Shown piece by piece: positions 30,004-39,155 of a stretch of DNA of 64,000 nt (its first letter is position 1; every line of letters starts with the position of its first letter). The stretch is from Terriglobales bacterium (GTDB lineage: Bacteria > Acidobacteriota > Terriglobia > Terriglobales > Acidobacteriaceae): assembly GCA_036489565.1 (NCBI GenBank), contig DASXFN010000020.1:392-64391 (forward strand). The letters run 5' to 3'. The notes under the pieces are model-generated. The model was not told the origin of the DNA. It did not search any database and worked only from the letters and a program-made list of their open reading frames with translations. A program made the position numbers and the translations under genes.

Positions 30004-31122
30004 ATGAGGGCAACACTCTTGGAACCTCTGCGCGAACGATTTGCAAAGTTGTTTTTACTGGCAGCGCTCTCCGGGCTGATAACCGCCGTGAGTTGCGGGG
30101 GCGGCGAAGCTAAAGCCGGAGCGCAGGGTCCCATGCAGGCTTTCCCGGTGAAGGTGGAAATCGCCAAACTGGCCCCCGTACACGACACAACGGAATATGT
30201 GGCGACGTTGAAGTCCCGCGATTCTGCGGTCATCATGCCTGAGGTGGATGGACGCGTCACCCAGATTTCCGTGCACTCCGGGGAACATGTTGCCGCCGGC
30301 GCTCCGCTCATGCAGATTGATCCCAGCAAGCAGGAAGCAACGGTCAACAGCCAGGAAAGCGCGCTGGCCGCCCAGCAGGCAAATCTTGAATACGCGAAGC
30401 AGCAGTACACGCGCACCAGCGGATTGTTTACGGCGGGCGTCGTCAGCAAGCAGGAGATGGACCAGGCGAAGTCAGGCCTGGACGCAGCCCAGGCCCAGTT
30501 GAGCTCTCTTCAGGCGCAACTCAAAGAGCAGCAAGTCGAACTCCATTATTATCGGGTCAACGCACCTACCAATGGAATTGTTGGCGACATTCCCGTTCGC
30601 GTCGGCGACCGCGTCACCAGTTCCACGCAACTTACCACCGTGGACAAGCCGGGCAGCCTGGAAGCTTACATTTATGTGCCGGTGGAACGCGCTCCGGAGT
30701 TGAAACCGGGATTGCACGTGCAAATTGTGGATAAGGACGGAAAGCCGCTCGCCGACAGCCGAATCACCTTTATTTCTCCACAGGTGGACAACACGACGCA
30801 AACGGTGTTGGCCAAAGCCAGCATTGCCAACAGCAATGACAAGCTACGCAACGCACAATTCATTCGCGCGCGCATCGTGTGGGGAACGAGCAACCAGCCG
30901 CTGGTCCCGGTGCTTGCGGTTTCGCGCCTGGGCGGACAATACTTTGCGTTCGTCGCACAGCCAAAGGGCGAATCCTATATTGCGCACCAGCAGCCGGTCA
31001 GTGTAGGCCAGATGGACGGCAACAATTACGTCGTGCTCGATGGCATTAAGCCCGGCGACAAAGTGATTGTTTCGGGCACACAGTTCCTGGTGGAAGGAAT
31101 GCCGGTGGCCCCGCAGAGTTAG
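30004..31122 (+). CDS. RND efflux periplasmic adaptor subunit (HlyD/MFP family), lipoprotein
   Basis: Lipobox TAVSCGG, a lipoyl/alpha-hairpin/beta-barrel order (coiled-coil QAQLSSLQAQLKEQQVEL), directly upstream of the RND pump. Confidence 0.92.
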   Translation: MRATLLEPLRERFAKLFLLAALSGLITAVSCGGGEAKAGAQGPMQAFPVKVEIAKLAPVHDTTEYVATLKSRDSAVIMPEVDGRVTQISVHSGEHVAAGAPLMQIDPSKQEATVNSQESALAAQQANLEYAKQQYTRTSGLFTAGVVSKQEMDQAKSGLDAAQAQLSSLQAQLKEQQVELHYYRVNAPTNGIVGDIPVRVGDRVTSSTQLTTVDKPGSLEAYIYVPVERAPELKPGLHVQIVDKDGKPLADSRITFISPQVDNTTQTVLAKASIANSNDKLRNAQFIRARIVWGTSNQPLVPVLAVSRLGGQYFAFVAQPKGESYIAHQQPVSVGQMDGNNYVVLDGIKPGDKVIVSGTQFLVEGMPVAPQS

Positions 31123-31198
31123 TCGGTCCACGCCAATTCGCAGTTAAGTTCCTGATTCTCAGTTCCAGTTTCTTGCTGTCAATTTACGGACTCATTGC

Positions 31199-34100
31199 AT
31201 GTTTGTTGATTTTTTCATCCGAAGACCGGTGTTCGCCACTGTTTGCGCCCTCATGATTATTCTTGCGGGCGCGGTCGTTATTCCCAGCCTGCCCATCGCG
31301 CAATTTCCCACTCTTGCGCCGCCCCAAATTTCCGTCAGCAGCTTTTACGTGGGCGCGAGTGCGGAAACCGTAGAGACCGCGGTCACCATTCCTCTGGAAG
31401 AGCAGATCAACGGCGCGGAGGGAATGAAGTACATCGAGTCCGAAAGCGGCAATGATGGCAGCAGCACCATCACCGCGACCTTTGATTTGAACCGCGACCC
31501 GGACCTCGCGGCTGTAGACATCCAGAACCGCGCCAGCATTGCCGAAGGCGTGTTGCCGGCGTCGGTGAAGACTACGGGCGTGACGGTCACGAAAGCGTCC
31601 AATAATTTTGTTTTTGGCGCGGCGGTTTATTCTCCTGACAAGCGCTATGACACGTTGTTCATGAGTAATTATCTGGACGTGTATGTCATAGATGCAATCA
31701 AGCGCGTCCCTGGAGTCGCCAACGTAGTCATCTTTGGCGAGCGCAAATATTCCATGCGCTTGTGGCTGGATCCGGGCCGCATGGCAAGCCGCGGCCTTAC
31801 CGCCAGTGACGTTGTCAGCGCCCTGCAAGAGCAGAATGTGGAGATCGCAGCGGGCCAGGTCGGCCAGCCGCCAGTACAAGCGGGCCAATCATTTCAGATC
31901 AGCGTGCGGGCCATTGGCAGGCTCAGCGAACCCGCGCAGTTCAACAACATTATCCTCAAGACCAATGCGGATGGCACGCTCGTGCGTTTGCAGGACGTGG
32001 GCCACTCCGAGTTGGGCGCGGAAGATTACGGCTCTGGCCTGGAATACAACGGACACGATGCTGTCGGCATAGGAATCACGCAGCTTTCCAATGCCAATGC
32101 CCTCGAAGTGGACCGCCTCGCTCTGCAAGAATTGGATAAGCTTTCCAAGCATTTTCCGCCGGGAATGGTTTACGAGAACGCGTTCGACACCACGGAAGCC
32201 GTTGGCGAATCCATCAAAGACGTGTTGAGCACGCTGATCGAAGCCATCATCCTGGTGATCCTGGTCATCTTTCTTTTTCTGGAAGATTGGCGCAGTACCA
32301 TCATTCCCGCCGTTACCATTCCCGTCTCATTGATTGGAACGTTTGCGTTCATCAAGTTGCTGGGATTTTCCATCAATACTCTGACGCTGTTCGGCATTAC
32401 GCTGGCCACCGGCCTGGTTGTGGACGACGCAATTGTCGTGATTGAAAATATTGAGCGCCATATTCAGGAAGGCGAGACAAACGCCCGCAAAGCTTCCTCG
32501 GCGGCAATGAAGGAAGTGACCGGAGCGGTCATCGCGACTTCATTGGTGCTGGTTGCGGTGTTTGTTCCCGTGGCGTTTTTCCCCGGCACCACTGGTATTC
32601 TCTTCCGCCAATTCGCGTTGACGATTGCATTTTCCATTGCCATCTCCGCTTTCAACGCATTGACCCTTACCCCTTCGCTTTCCGCTCTGCTGCTGGGGCG
32701 TGTTCACGGGGAAAAAGGCTGGTTCTTCAAAGGCGTTGATAAAGTTATTTCCGCCATCACGCACGGCTATGAGAGCGCGTTGCGCGGCTTTCTGAAGCTG
32801 CGCCTGATCGCGGTCATACTTTTCTTCCTGGGCCTGGGAGTGACCTACTTCGTTTTCCAAAAAGTTCCCAAAGGATTTGTGCCCAATGAAGACCTGGGCT
32901 ATTTCATCATCGCCGTCCAGGCACCCCCCGGCGCTTCGCTTGAATACACGAAGAACATCGGCGAACAAGCGGCGCTGGTGTTAAGGAAGATCCCTGAGAT
33001 CAGAAACATATTTTTCATCCGTGGCTTCAGTTTGAGCGGCTCCGCTCCCAACCGGGGAATTATCTTTGCCACGCTCCAGCCTTATTCGCAACGCAAAGGC
33101 GAGGAGCATACCGCGGATTCTGTCGTGCAACGTGTGCGGGGCCCCTTGCTGGGAATTTCCGGAGCGCTGGTATTACCTTTTCCTCCTCCCGCGGTACAAG
33201 GTTTGGGAAGCTTCGGCGGTTTTCAGTATGAATTGCAGGACCAGGGAGGCCATAGCCTGGAAGAACTGGCGCAGGTCACGCAGAAGCTGACGCTCGCTGG
33301 CAACCAATTGCCTGACAAATCGCTGACCGGGCTCTATAGCAGCTACACGGCAAACGACCCTCAATTTCTGGTCACGATTGATCGCGAGAAGGCCAAGAGC
33401 CTGCATGTGCCGCTGCAGCAGATTACAGACACTCTGGGCGTTTACATGGGATCTTCCTACGTGAACGATTTTGATTTCAACAATCGTTCGTACCGCGTGT
33501 ACGTACAAGCCGACCAGCAATTCCGCGCGACCGCCAAGGATATTGGCCAATATTATGTGCGCTCCGACAGTGGAGCGATGATTCCTCTGGACAATCTGAT
33601 TGCGGTCTCGCAGACCACTACGCCGCAGGTCATCAGCCACTACAATCTGTTTCGCTCCGCGGAAATTGACGGCTCAGCCGCGCCCGGCTTTAGCTCCGGA
33701 CAGGCCATTCAGACCATGGATGACTTGAGCAAAAAAGTACTGCCGCCAGGCTTCAACTATGAGTGGACGGGCCTGTCGCTGGAAGAATTAGCTTCTGGCA
33801 CGACTTCAATCATTCTGTTCGGCTTGGGCACACTGGTGATTTATCTCACGCTGTCGGCGCAGTATGAAAGCTTTGTGCTGCCGTTCATCGTATTGCTGGC
33901 GGTTCCCATGGCCATGTTGGGCGCGCTCTCCGCGCAGTGGATCCGGGGCCTGGAAAATGATGTGTACTGCCAAATTGGATTGGTCATGCTCATTGGCCTT
34001 GCCAGCAAAAATGCCATTCTGATCGTGGAGTTCGCGGAACAGCTTCGCGGACGGGGAATGTCGCTGCTTGAGGCGGCGGTGATGTCGGCAAGAATCCGTC

Positions 34101-34327
34101 TGCGCCCCATCCTGATGACTTCATTCGCATTCATCCTGGGTGTTTTGCCGCTGGTATTGGCGACGGGCGCTGGCGAAAAAGGCCGCCACTCCGTGGGCAC
34201 TACGGTATTTGGCGGTATGATCATGTCCACCGTGCTGAACCTGTTTTTTATCCCCGTGCTTTATTTGATAATTGAGGGATGGCGCGAAAAGGGCGGCACG
34301 CACGTGAATCGGGAACAGGAAATTTAA
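31199..34327 (+). CDS. RND efflux permease, AcrB/HAE1-like
   Basis: 1042 aa, MFVDFFIRRPVFATV start and 12-TM/2 large loops architecture. No outer membrane factor gene adjacent. Confidence 0.95.
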   Translation: MFVDFFIRRPVFATVCALMIILAGAVVIPSLPIAQFPTLAPPQISVSSFYVGASAETVETAVTIPLEEQINGAEGMKYIESESGNDGSSTITATFDLNRDPDLAAVDIQNRASIAEGVLPASVKTTGVTVTKASNNFVFGAAVYSPDKRYDTLFMSNYLDVYVIDAIKRVPGVANVVIFGERKYSMRLWLDPGRMASRGLTASDVVSALQEQNVEIAAGQVGQPPVQAGQSFQISVRAIGRLSEPAQFNNIILKTNADGTLVRLQDVGHSELGAEDYGSGLEYNGHDAVGIGITQLSNANALEVDRLALQELDKLSKHFPPGMVYENAFDTTEAVGESIKDVLSTLIEAIILVILVIFLFLEDWRSTIIPAVTIPVSLIGTFAFIKLLGFSINTLTLFGITLATGLVVDDAIVVIENIERHIQEGETNARKASSAAMKEVTGAVIATSLVLVAVFVPVAFFPGTTGILFRQFALTIAFSIAISAFNALTLTPSLSALLLGRVHGEKGWFFKGVDKVISAITHGYESALRGFLKLRLIAVILFFLGLGVTYFVFQKVPKGFVPNEDLGYFIIAVQAPPGASLEYTKNIGEQAALVLRKIPEIRNIFFIRGFSLSGSAPNRGIIFATLQPYSQRKGEEHTADSVVQRVRGPLLGISGALVLPFPPPAVQGLGSFGGFQYELQDQGGHSLEELAQVTQKLTLAGNQLPDKSLTGLYSSYTANDPQFLVTIDREKAKSLHVPLQQITDTLGVYMGSSYVNDFDFNNRSYRVYVQADQQFRATAKDIGQYYVRSDSGAMIPLDNLIAVSQTTTPQVISHYNLFRSAEIDGSAAPGFSSGQAIQTMDDLSKKVLPPGFNYEWTGLSLEELASGTTSIILFGLGTLVIYLTLSAQYESFVLPFIVLLAVPMAMLGALSAQWIRGLENDVYCQIGLVMLIGLASKNAILIVEFAEQLRGRGMSLLEAAVMSARIRLRPILMTSFAFILGVLPLVLATGAGEKGRHSVGTTVFGGMIMSTVLNLFFIPVLYLIIEGWREKGGTHVNREQEI

Positions 34328-34329
34328 GC

Positions 34330-35478
34330 ATGCGCCGCCAGAGAAAAATTCTTTGGCTGGCTTTCTGCGCGGTTTCCTTTATTATCTCTGCGACTGCGAC
34401 GTCGCGAGCAGCCCTTCATCCCAACGCGGCGCACCCCAATCCAAGCGAAAAAACCTGGCACTTCGCGGTCTCTGGCGATTCCCGTAACTGCGGAGATGTA
34501 GTGATGCCCGCAATCGCCGCAGGAGTAAAACACGACGAAGCGGCCTTCTACTGGCATTTGGGCGACCTGCGTTGGATCGTGGACATGGACCAGGACTTCC
34601 GGCAACTCTCCGAAATGCAGGGCAAGCGCCTTTCCGTCATGGATTACCCGTCGTATCTCCGCACAGCTTGGGATGATTTCGTTCAAAGCCAGATCAAGGC
34701 CTTCGGAGATATGCCTTTTTACGTTGGAATCGGGAACCACGAATTGTATTTTCCGAAAACACGTTCTGATTTCGTCACGCAATTTACTCCCTGGCTCGAT
34801 ACCCCGGAGCTGCGTGCGCAGCGCCTCAAAGACGATCCCAATGACCATGCCGTGAAGACTTACTACCACTGGGTCCGCGACGGCATTGATTTCATCAATC
34901 TCGACAACGCGTCCAAGGAAGAATTTGACGCTACCCAGTTGGAATGGCTTGAGTCCATTTTGAAGCGCGATGAGGCGGACCCCGCGATCCACACCATCGT
35001 TGTCGGCATGCATGAAGCTTTGCCGGAGAGCATTTCCGCCGACCACAGCATGAACATGTGGCCGCGCGGCGTCCAGACCGGTTTGCAGGTGTATCACGAT
35101 CTGCTCAAGGCCCAGAACGACGCGAAAAAGAAAGTTTATGTGCTTGCCAGCCACTCCCATTACTTCATGGATGGAACCTATCAAACGGAATATTGGAAGA
35201 AGCATGGCGGAGTTCTTCCCGGCTGGATCATCGGAACAGCAGGCGCGGAGCGCTATCCGTTGCCGCCCGGCGTCGAAAATGCCAATGCAGCCAAGCAATA
35301 CATCTACGGATATCTGCTGGCAACGGTGAACCCGCCTCACGAACCGGTAGGCACCATCCGCTTTGAATTCAAGCAATTGGATGAGAACACCATTCCCGCG
35401 GAGACGGTAACGCGTTTCTCCGCACCATTCGTACATCAATGTTTCACCGGCAACCGGCGCCAGACGCAGGTTCACTAG
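34330..35478 (+). CDS. Secreted metallophosphoesterase
   Basis: Signal peptide from ATG 34330. Calcineurin-like motifs GDSRNCGD, GDL, GNHE, GMHE, SHSH. Confidence 0.8.
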   Translation: MRRQRKILWLAFCAVSFIISATATSRAALHPNAAHPNPSEKTWHFAVSGDSRNCGDVVMPAIAAGVKHDEAAFYWHLGDLRWIVDMDQDFRQLSEMQGKRLSVMDYPSYLRTAWDDFVQSQIKAFGDMPFYVGIGNHELYFPKTRSDFVTQFTPWLDTPELRAQRLKDDPNDHAVKTYYHWVRDGIDFINLDNASKEEFDATQLEWLESILKRDEADPAIHTIVVGMHEALPESISADHSMNMWPRGVQTGLQVYHDLLKAQNDAKKKVYVLASHSHYFMDGTYQTEYWKKHGGVLPGWIIGTAGAERYPLPPGVENANAAKQYIYGYLLATVNPPHEPVGTIRFEFKQLDENTIPAETVTRFSAPFVHQCFTGNRRQTQVH

Positions 35479-35541
35479 CGCTTCGGGTTTGCCGTGTAAC
35501 CCCTTTCACGGATACACTTTAGGTTCTTAGGAGACAGCCCC

Positions 35542-36636
35542 ATGTTAGTTGTCATGAAAGCTCACGCTACGCCCGAAGAAGTGCGCGCCGTCTGTCAAAA
35601 AATCGAGTCCATCGGCTATCGCGCCCACACCATTCCCGGAGCGGAGCGGACTGCCATCGGCGTTACCGGAAATAAAGGCGAGATCGAGCCCGGCACCCTG
35701 GACGAGATGCCCGGTGTGCAGGAAGTCATTAAGGTCACCAAGCCTTACAAGTTGGTCAGCCGCGATTGCAAGCAGGAAAACACGGTCATCACCTTCCCCG
35801 GTACCGATGCTACCTTTGGCGGCAAAGGGCTTGCCATCATTGCCGGGCCTTGTTCCATTGAGAGCCGGGAGCAGGCTTTTATCATCGCCGAGAAGGTGCA
35901 TGCCGCGGGCGCGCAATTTTTCCGAGGAGGCGCTTACAAGCCGCGCACCTCTCCCTATTCCTTCCAGGGCATGGAGGAAGAAGGCCTTCGCATTATGGCG
36001 GAGATCCGTGACCGCTTTGGCCTGAAGATCGTCACCGAAGCCATTGACCACGAATCGCTGGCGCTGGTGGAGGAGTACGCCGACGTTATCCAGATCGGCG
36101 CTCGTAACATGCAGAATTTTTCGCTGCTCAAGCGCGCCGGACGTTCGCGCAAACCGGTGCTGCTAAAGCGCGGCATGGCGGCCACTTTGGAAGAATTTTT
36201 GATGGCTGCTGAATACGTAATGAGTGAAGGGAACTACAACGTCGCGCTCTGCGAACGCGGCGTCCGCACCTTTGCCGACCACACGCGGAACACGCTCGAC
36301 TTAAGCATCGTCCCCGCCGTGCAGCGCTTGAGCCATCTTCCCATTCTCGTCGATCCCAGCCATGGCACCGGCAAGCGCAACAAAGTTACTCCGCTTTCCC
36401 GCGCCGCTGTGGCGGTAGGCGCCGACGGCCTGATTATCGAGGTCCATCACGATCCCGATAAAGCGCTCTCCGATGGCATGCAGTCGCTCTATCCAGAGCA
36501 ATTTGAAGAGTTGATGACCCAGGTGCGCCAAATCGCTCCGGTGGTGGGCAGGACCGTTCCGGCGATCGGTGTCCATGCTCCGGCCGGTTCCATTGCCGCG
36601 AAGACCACGGCACCGCATTTGGAACGGGCTCTGTAA
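35542..36636 (+). CDS. 3-deoxy-7-phosphoheptulonate (DAHP) synthase, type I-beta with N-terminal ferredoxin-like regulatory domain
   Basis: MLVVMK...EEV...I N-terminal domain, then the KDOPS/DAHPS I-beta core ([25 protein letters not shown]). Confidence 0.92.
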   Translation: MLVVMKAHATPEEVRAVCQKIESIGYRAHTIPGAERTAIGVTGNKGEIEPGTLDEMPGVQEVIKVTKPYKLVSRDCKQENTVITFPGTDATFGGKGLAIIAGPCSIESREQAFIIAEKVHAAGAQFFRGGAYKPRTSPYSFQGMEEEGLRIMAEIRDRFGLKIVTEAIDHESLALVEEYADVIQIGARNMQNFSLLKRAGRSRKPVLLKRGMAATLEEFLMAAEYVMSEGNYNVALCERGVRTFADHTRNTLDLSIVPAVQRLSHLPILVDPSHGTGKRNKVTPLSRAAVAVGADGLIIEVHHDPDKALSDGMQSLYPEQFEELMTQVRQIAPVVGRTVPAIGVHAPAGSIAAKTTAPHLERAL

Positions 36637-36810
36637 GAGGCTGTTAAGAAATTCTAAACGCGGACAACTCATCGCTGGTTTAGCTTCCGAGCTGCCGACG
36701 ATTCTGAAAGTTGATGGCGATAAGCGCGTTTATGAGGACTTAACTCATCTCGTGTCGCTTGCAAGAGCCGATAGCGCGCTATCACGGTCGTCGCTCTTTC
36801 ACCACCTGTG

Positions 36811-36870
36811 CCGTTTCGTCTCTTCTTCGTCAGGTGGAGCGGTACGGACCGTCATTCCACTGTTTATCCT
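36811..36870. repeat. 60-bp dispersed repeat, copy A
   Basis: CCGTTTCGTCTCTTCTTCGTCAGGTGGAGCGGTACGGACCGTCATTCCACTGTTTATCCT. It is nearly identical to 37648-37707 with a few mismatches. The core recurs at 42252-42272. Confidence 0.8.
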
Positions 36871-36885
36871 CTGGAGAAAAAAATT

Positions 36886-37302
36886 ATGAGCAAGGCGATT
36901 GAAACTCTGCAAGCCGCACAGAAACGCGCCATGGCGGGCCGCCCCAAGGTAGGAGGCTTTCCGTACCTGGCAGAGACTCTTCGACGCGCAGGGGTGAAGC
37001 GCAATCTGTGGAGCCTTCCATCGTGCCAGAGCTTGTATCTAACAAACGAAGGCCCGGTTGTCATGCAGGGTGCGCCGTTGGTGTCGGGCGCAGCCGATGT
37101 GCCCAGGTTTGACCGGGAATCCCTCATACGAGCGCTGCGAACCGATCAGGCAGGCAAGAGCACTTTCCCGGAGTTCTTGCTGGCGTCGTGGCATGCAGGA
37201 GTTGTTCGTTACGATGTCGACTTCGACGCGCGCACAGTCACGTACTACGGATGCAACGAAGAGGAGTATGTCGAAGGATATCCTGCTGTAAACGTGGATT
37301 AG
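36886..37302 (+). CDS. DUF1398 family protein
   Basis: 138 aa from ATG 36886. The ...STFPEFLLASWHAGVVRYDVDF... pattern recalls DUF1398 (YbcV-like). Family call is from memory. Confidence 0.6.
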   Translation: MSKAIETLQAAQKRAMAGRPKVGGFPYLAETLRRAGVKRNLWSLPSCQSLYLTNEGPVVMQGAPLVSGAADVPRFDRESLIRALRTDQAGKSTFPEFLLASWHAGVVRYDVDFDARTVTYYGCNEEEYVEGYPAVNVD

Positions 37303-37437
37303 TTGTTCGGCGGGTGGCCCAGCCTTTCGTTTTTTTTGCGAAGGTTGGGGATGTTCATCCGTCACAGCGAAGGGTGTTTTTTTATCCTAGGGGGCTGCCC
37401 CATCTTTTCTTGAAACTTCATGATGCGGCTATCCCGT

Positions 37438-37469
37438 CCTTGTCCCTGCATTTCTCAGCAGGGACAGGG
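37438..37469. repeat. REP-like hairpin 1 (CCTTGTCCCTGC-N8-GCAGGGACAGGG)
   Basis: 12-bp stem read directly. Related to the hairpin at 37579. Confidence 0.7.
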
Positions 37470-37578
37470 CGGGAATTTTGATCTTGGGGTTGAAGCCGCG
37501 GATGAACCTCAAGCGATTTTCTCTTCCGCCCCGTCCCCATATACAGAAATGGGAAGAACGAAAGGAAGTCTAAACCCC

Positions 37579-37614
37579 CACCCTGTCCCTGCAAAGATCG
37601 CAGGGACAAGGGTG
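37579..37614. repeat. REP-like hairpin 2 (CACCCTGTCCCTGC-N7-GCAGGGACAAGGGTG)
   Basis: Same GTCCCTGC/GCAGGGAC core as hairpin 1. Confidence 0.7.
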
Positions 37615-37647
37615 CGGCAACCTTCTAAAGTAAGGGTGGGCCAGCCC

Positions 37648-37707
37648 CCGTTTCGTCTCTTCTTCGTCAGGTGGAGCGGTACGAACCGCCATCCCACTGT
37701 TTATCTT
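37648..37707. repeat. 60-bp dispersed repeat, copy B
   Basis: Direct repeat of 36811-36870. Confidence 0.8.
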
Positions 37708-37964
37708 GGGTCCTATGTTGAGTACGTGCAGAAGCTTGGACATGAGGCGCCTGGGATCTATTCGTAGGGCTGTGTGCAAACGGGGTACGTCCCGTCTGTC
37801 CCCGTATTTTCCCCCGTATTTTCCAGCTTTCTTTCGGTTTACATCATTGCAATTCGCAAAGTTGGGATTAGCCCTAGGAGTGATCGACAGCCATTTCTAG
37901 TGCTATAGAATAAAAAATTACAAAGTAGCTATCAGCAAGTTTAAACTTATTCGGACTTGCCGAA

Positions 37965-39155
37965 ATGATGCCCAAACTCAACAAAAAGAGTAATGCAAAG
38001 TCAAGTGCTGCGGGAGTGCCCTCCCTGAGCATCTTTTCTGGTGCAGGAGGTCTCGACCTTGGATTGCACTTGGCGGGGGGAAGATCGCTTGCCTGTATTG
38101 AGTTTGATACAGATTGTATCGCAACGCTTAAAGCCAACCGTGTTTTCGGTAAAACAGCATTAATGGAACGCGATATTAGGGAGGTAGGTGCGGCAGAGCT
38201 TCTTGCAGTAACCGGCAGTAAAAAAAGAGAGGTGGCACTCCTGATAGGTGGCCCACCTTGCCAACCATTTTCTAAAGCTGCATATTGGACTTCCACTGGT
38301 GAAGAAGCAAGAAGGCGTGAGTCGCTACCTGGACGTATAAAGCGGACGGCAGAACCGAAATCGTATAAGAGACGCGTATTCAATCCCAGCATTGATCCTC
38401 GGTCAGAGATGATCAATGAATACCTGCGCATTCTAGCGGGGGTGCAACCCTCGGGTTTCGTATTTGAAAATGTAATGAGCATACGTCACCCTTCAAGTAA
38501 ACCTCTGTTTGAAGCTTTTTTGGTTGCTGTCAAAGAGCTCGGATATGCCGTCACGGTGTCCGAATTGAATGCAGCTGAGTTCGGCGTTCCCCAACTCCGC
38601 AAGAGAGTATTTGTTACTGGTTTGCGCGGCAAGATTTCTCCTGCCCCTCCTTTGCCAACACATTCGTTGAATAACGAACGTTCCAGAAACCTGTGGAAAG
38701 CCGTGTCCGTGGAGTCTCCGCTAGAGGCGTTCGCAGGGAAGAAATATTTTGAGAAAGAGGAAGTTATCGCAGGTAGATACGCGGAGCATCTCAAGGAAAT
38801 CCCTCCTGGATGGAACTACAAAGCATTATCCTCTTGGGCCGGACATCCGGAACCGTCATTTGAGGCAGAGACCCGTTTTTGGCACTTCCTGCTAAAGTTG
38901 CACCCTGAAAAGCCTTCTTGGACAATTGCAGCCAGCCCGGGCCCATGGACTGGCCCATTTCACTGGAAAACGCGCCGATTACGAATACCAGAATTGGCAG
39001 CACTACAAGCCTTCCCTAAGGACTACATATTTTCGGGGGTACGCCGTAGCGTACAGCGGCAGATCGGCAATGCAGTTCCTCCGCTTCTCGCCCAAAGAGT
39101 AATCGAGACCGTGCTTGGGCCCATCGAAGGAAGGAATCTAAGTGGCAATGCTTAG
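37965..39155 (+). CDS. DNA (cytosine-5)-methyltransferase, paralog 1
   Basis: Motif I SIFSGAGGLDLG, motif IV GGPPCQPFS (38247-38273), motif VI FENV, motif VIII QLRKRVFVTG, motif X QIGNAVPP. Confidence 0.93.
   Translation: MMPKLNKKSNAKSSAAGVPSLSIFSGAGGLDLGLHLAGGRSLACIEFDTDCIATLKANRVFGKTALMERDIREVGAAELLAVTGSKKREVALLIGGPPCQPFSKAAYWTSTGEEARRRESLPGRIKRTAEPKSYKRRVFNPSIDPRSEMINEYLRILAGVQPSGFVFENVMSIRHPSSKPLFEAFLVAVKELGYAVTVSELNAAEFGVPQLRKRVFVTGLRGKISPAPPLPTHSLNNERSRNLWKAVSVESPLEAFAGKKYFEKEEVIAGRYAEHLKEIPPGWNYKALSSWAGHPEPSFEAETRFWHFLLKLHPEKPSWTIAASPGPWTGPFHWKTRRLRIPELAALQAFPKDYIFSGVRRSVQRQIGNAVPPLLAQRVIETVLGPIEGRNLSGNA

Noticed and set aside
34324-35475. 383-aa ORF on the minus strand
   Set aside because: It is exactly antisense to the metallophosphoesterase gene, which has clear catalytic motifs. 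The composition is Arg/Gly/His-rich, typical of a shadow ORF in GC-rich DNA.
37438-37614. Possible CRISPR array or other spaced repeat
   Set aside because: There are only two copies. They are long perfect palindromes of a REP type. There is no regular repeat-spacer periodicity and no cas genes in the window.
37874-38482. 202-aa ORF antisense to methyltransferase 1 (and 39915..40469, 41080..41448 antisense to MTase 2 / nuclease)
   Set aside because: The plus-strand frames carry unambiguous MTase and nuclease motifs. The antisense products have no features.
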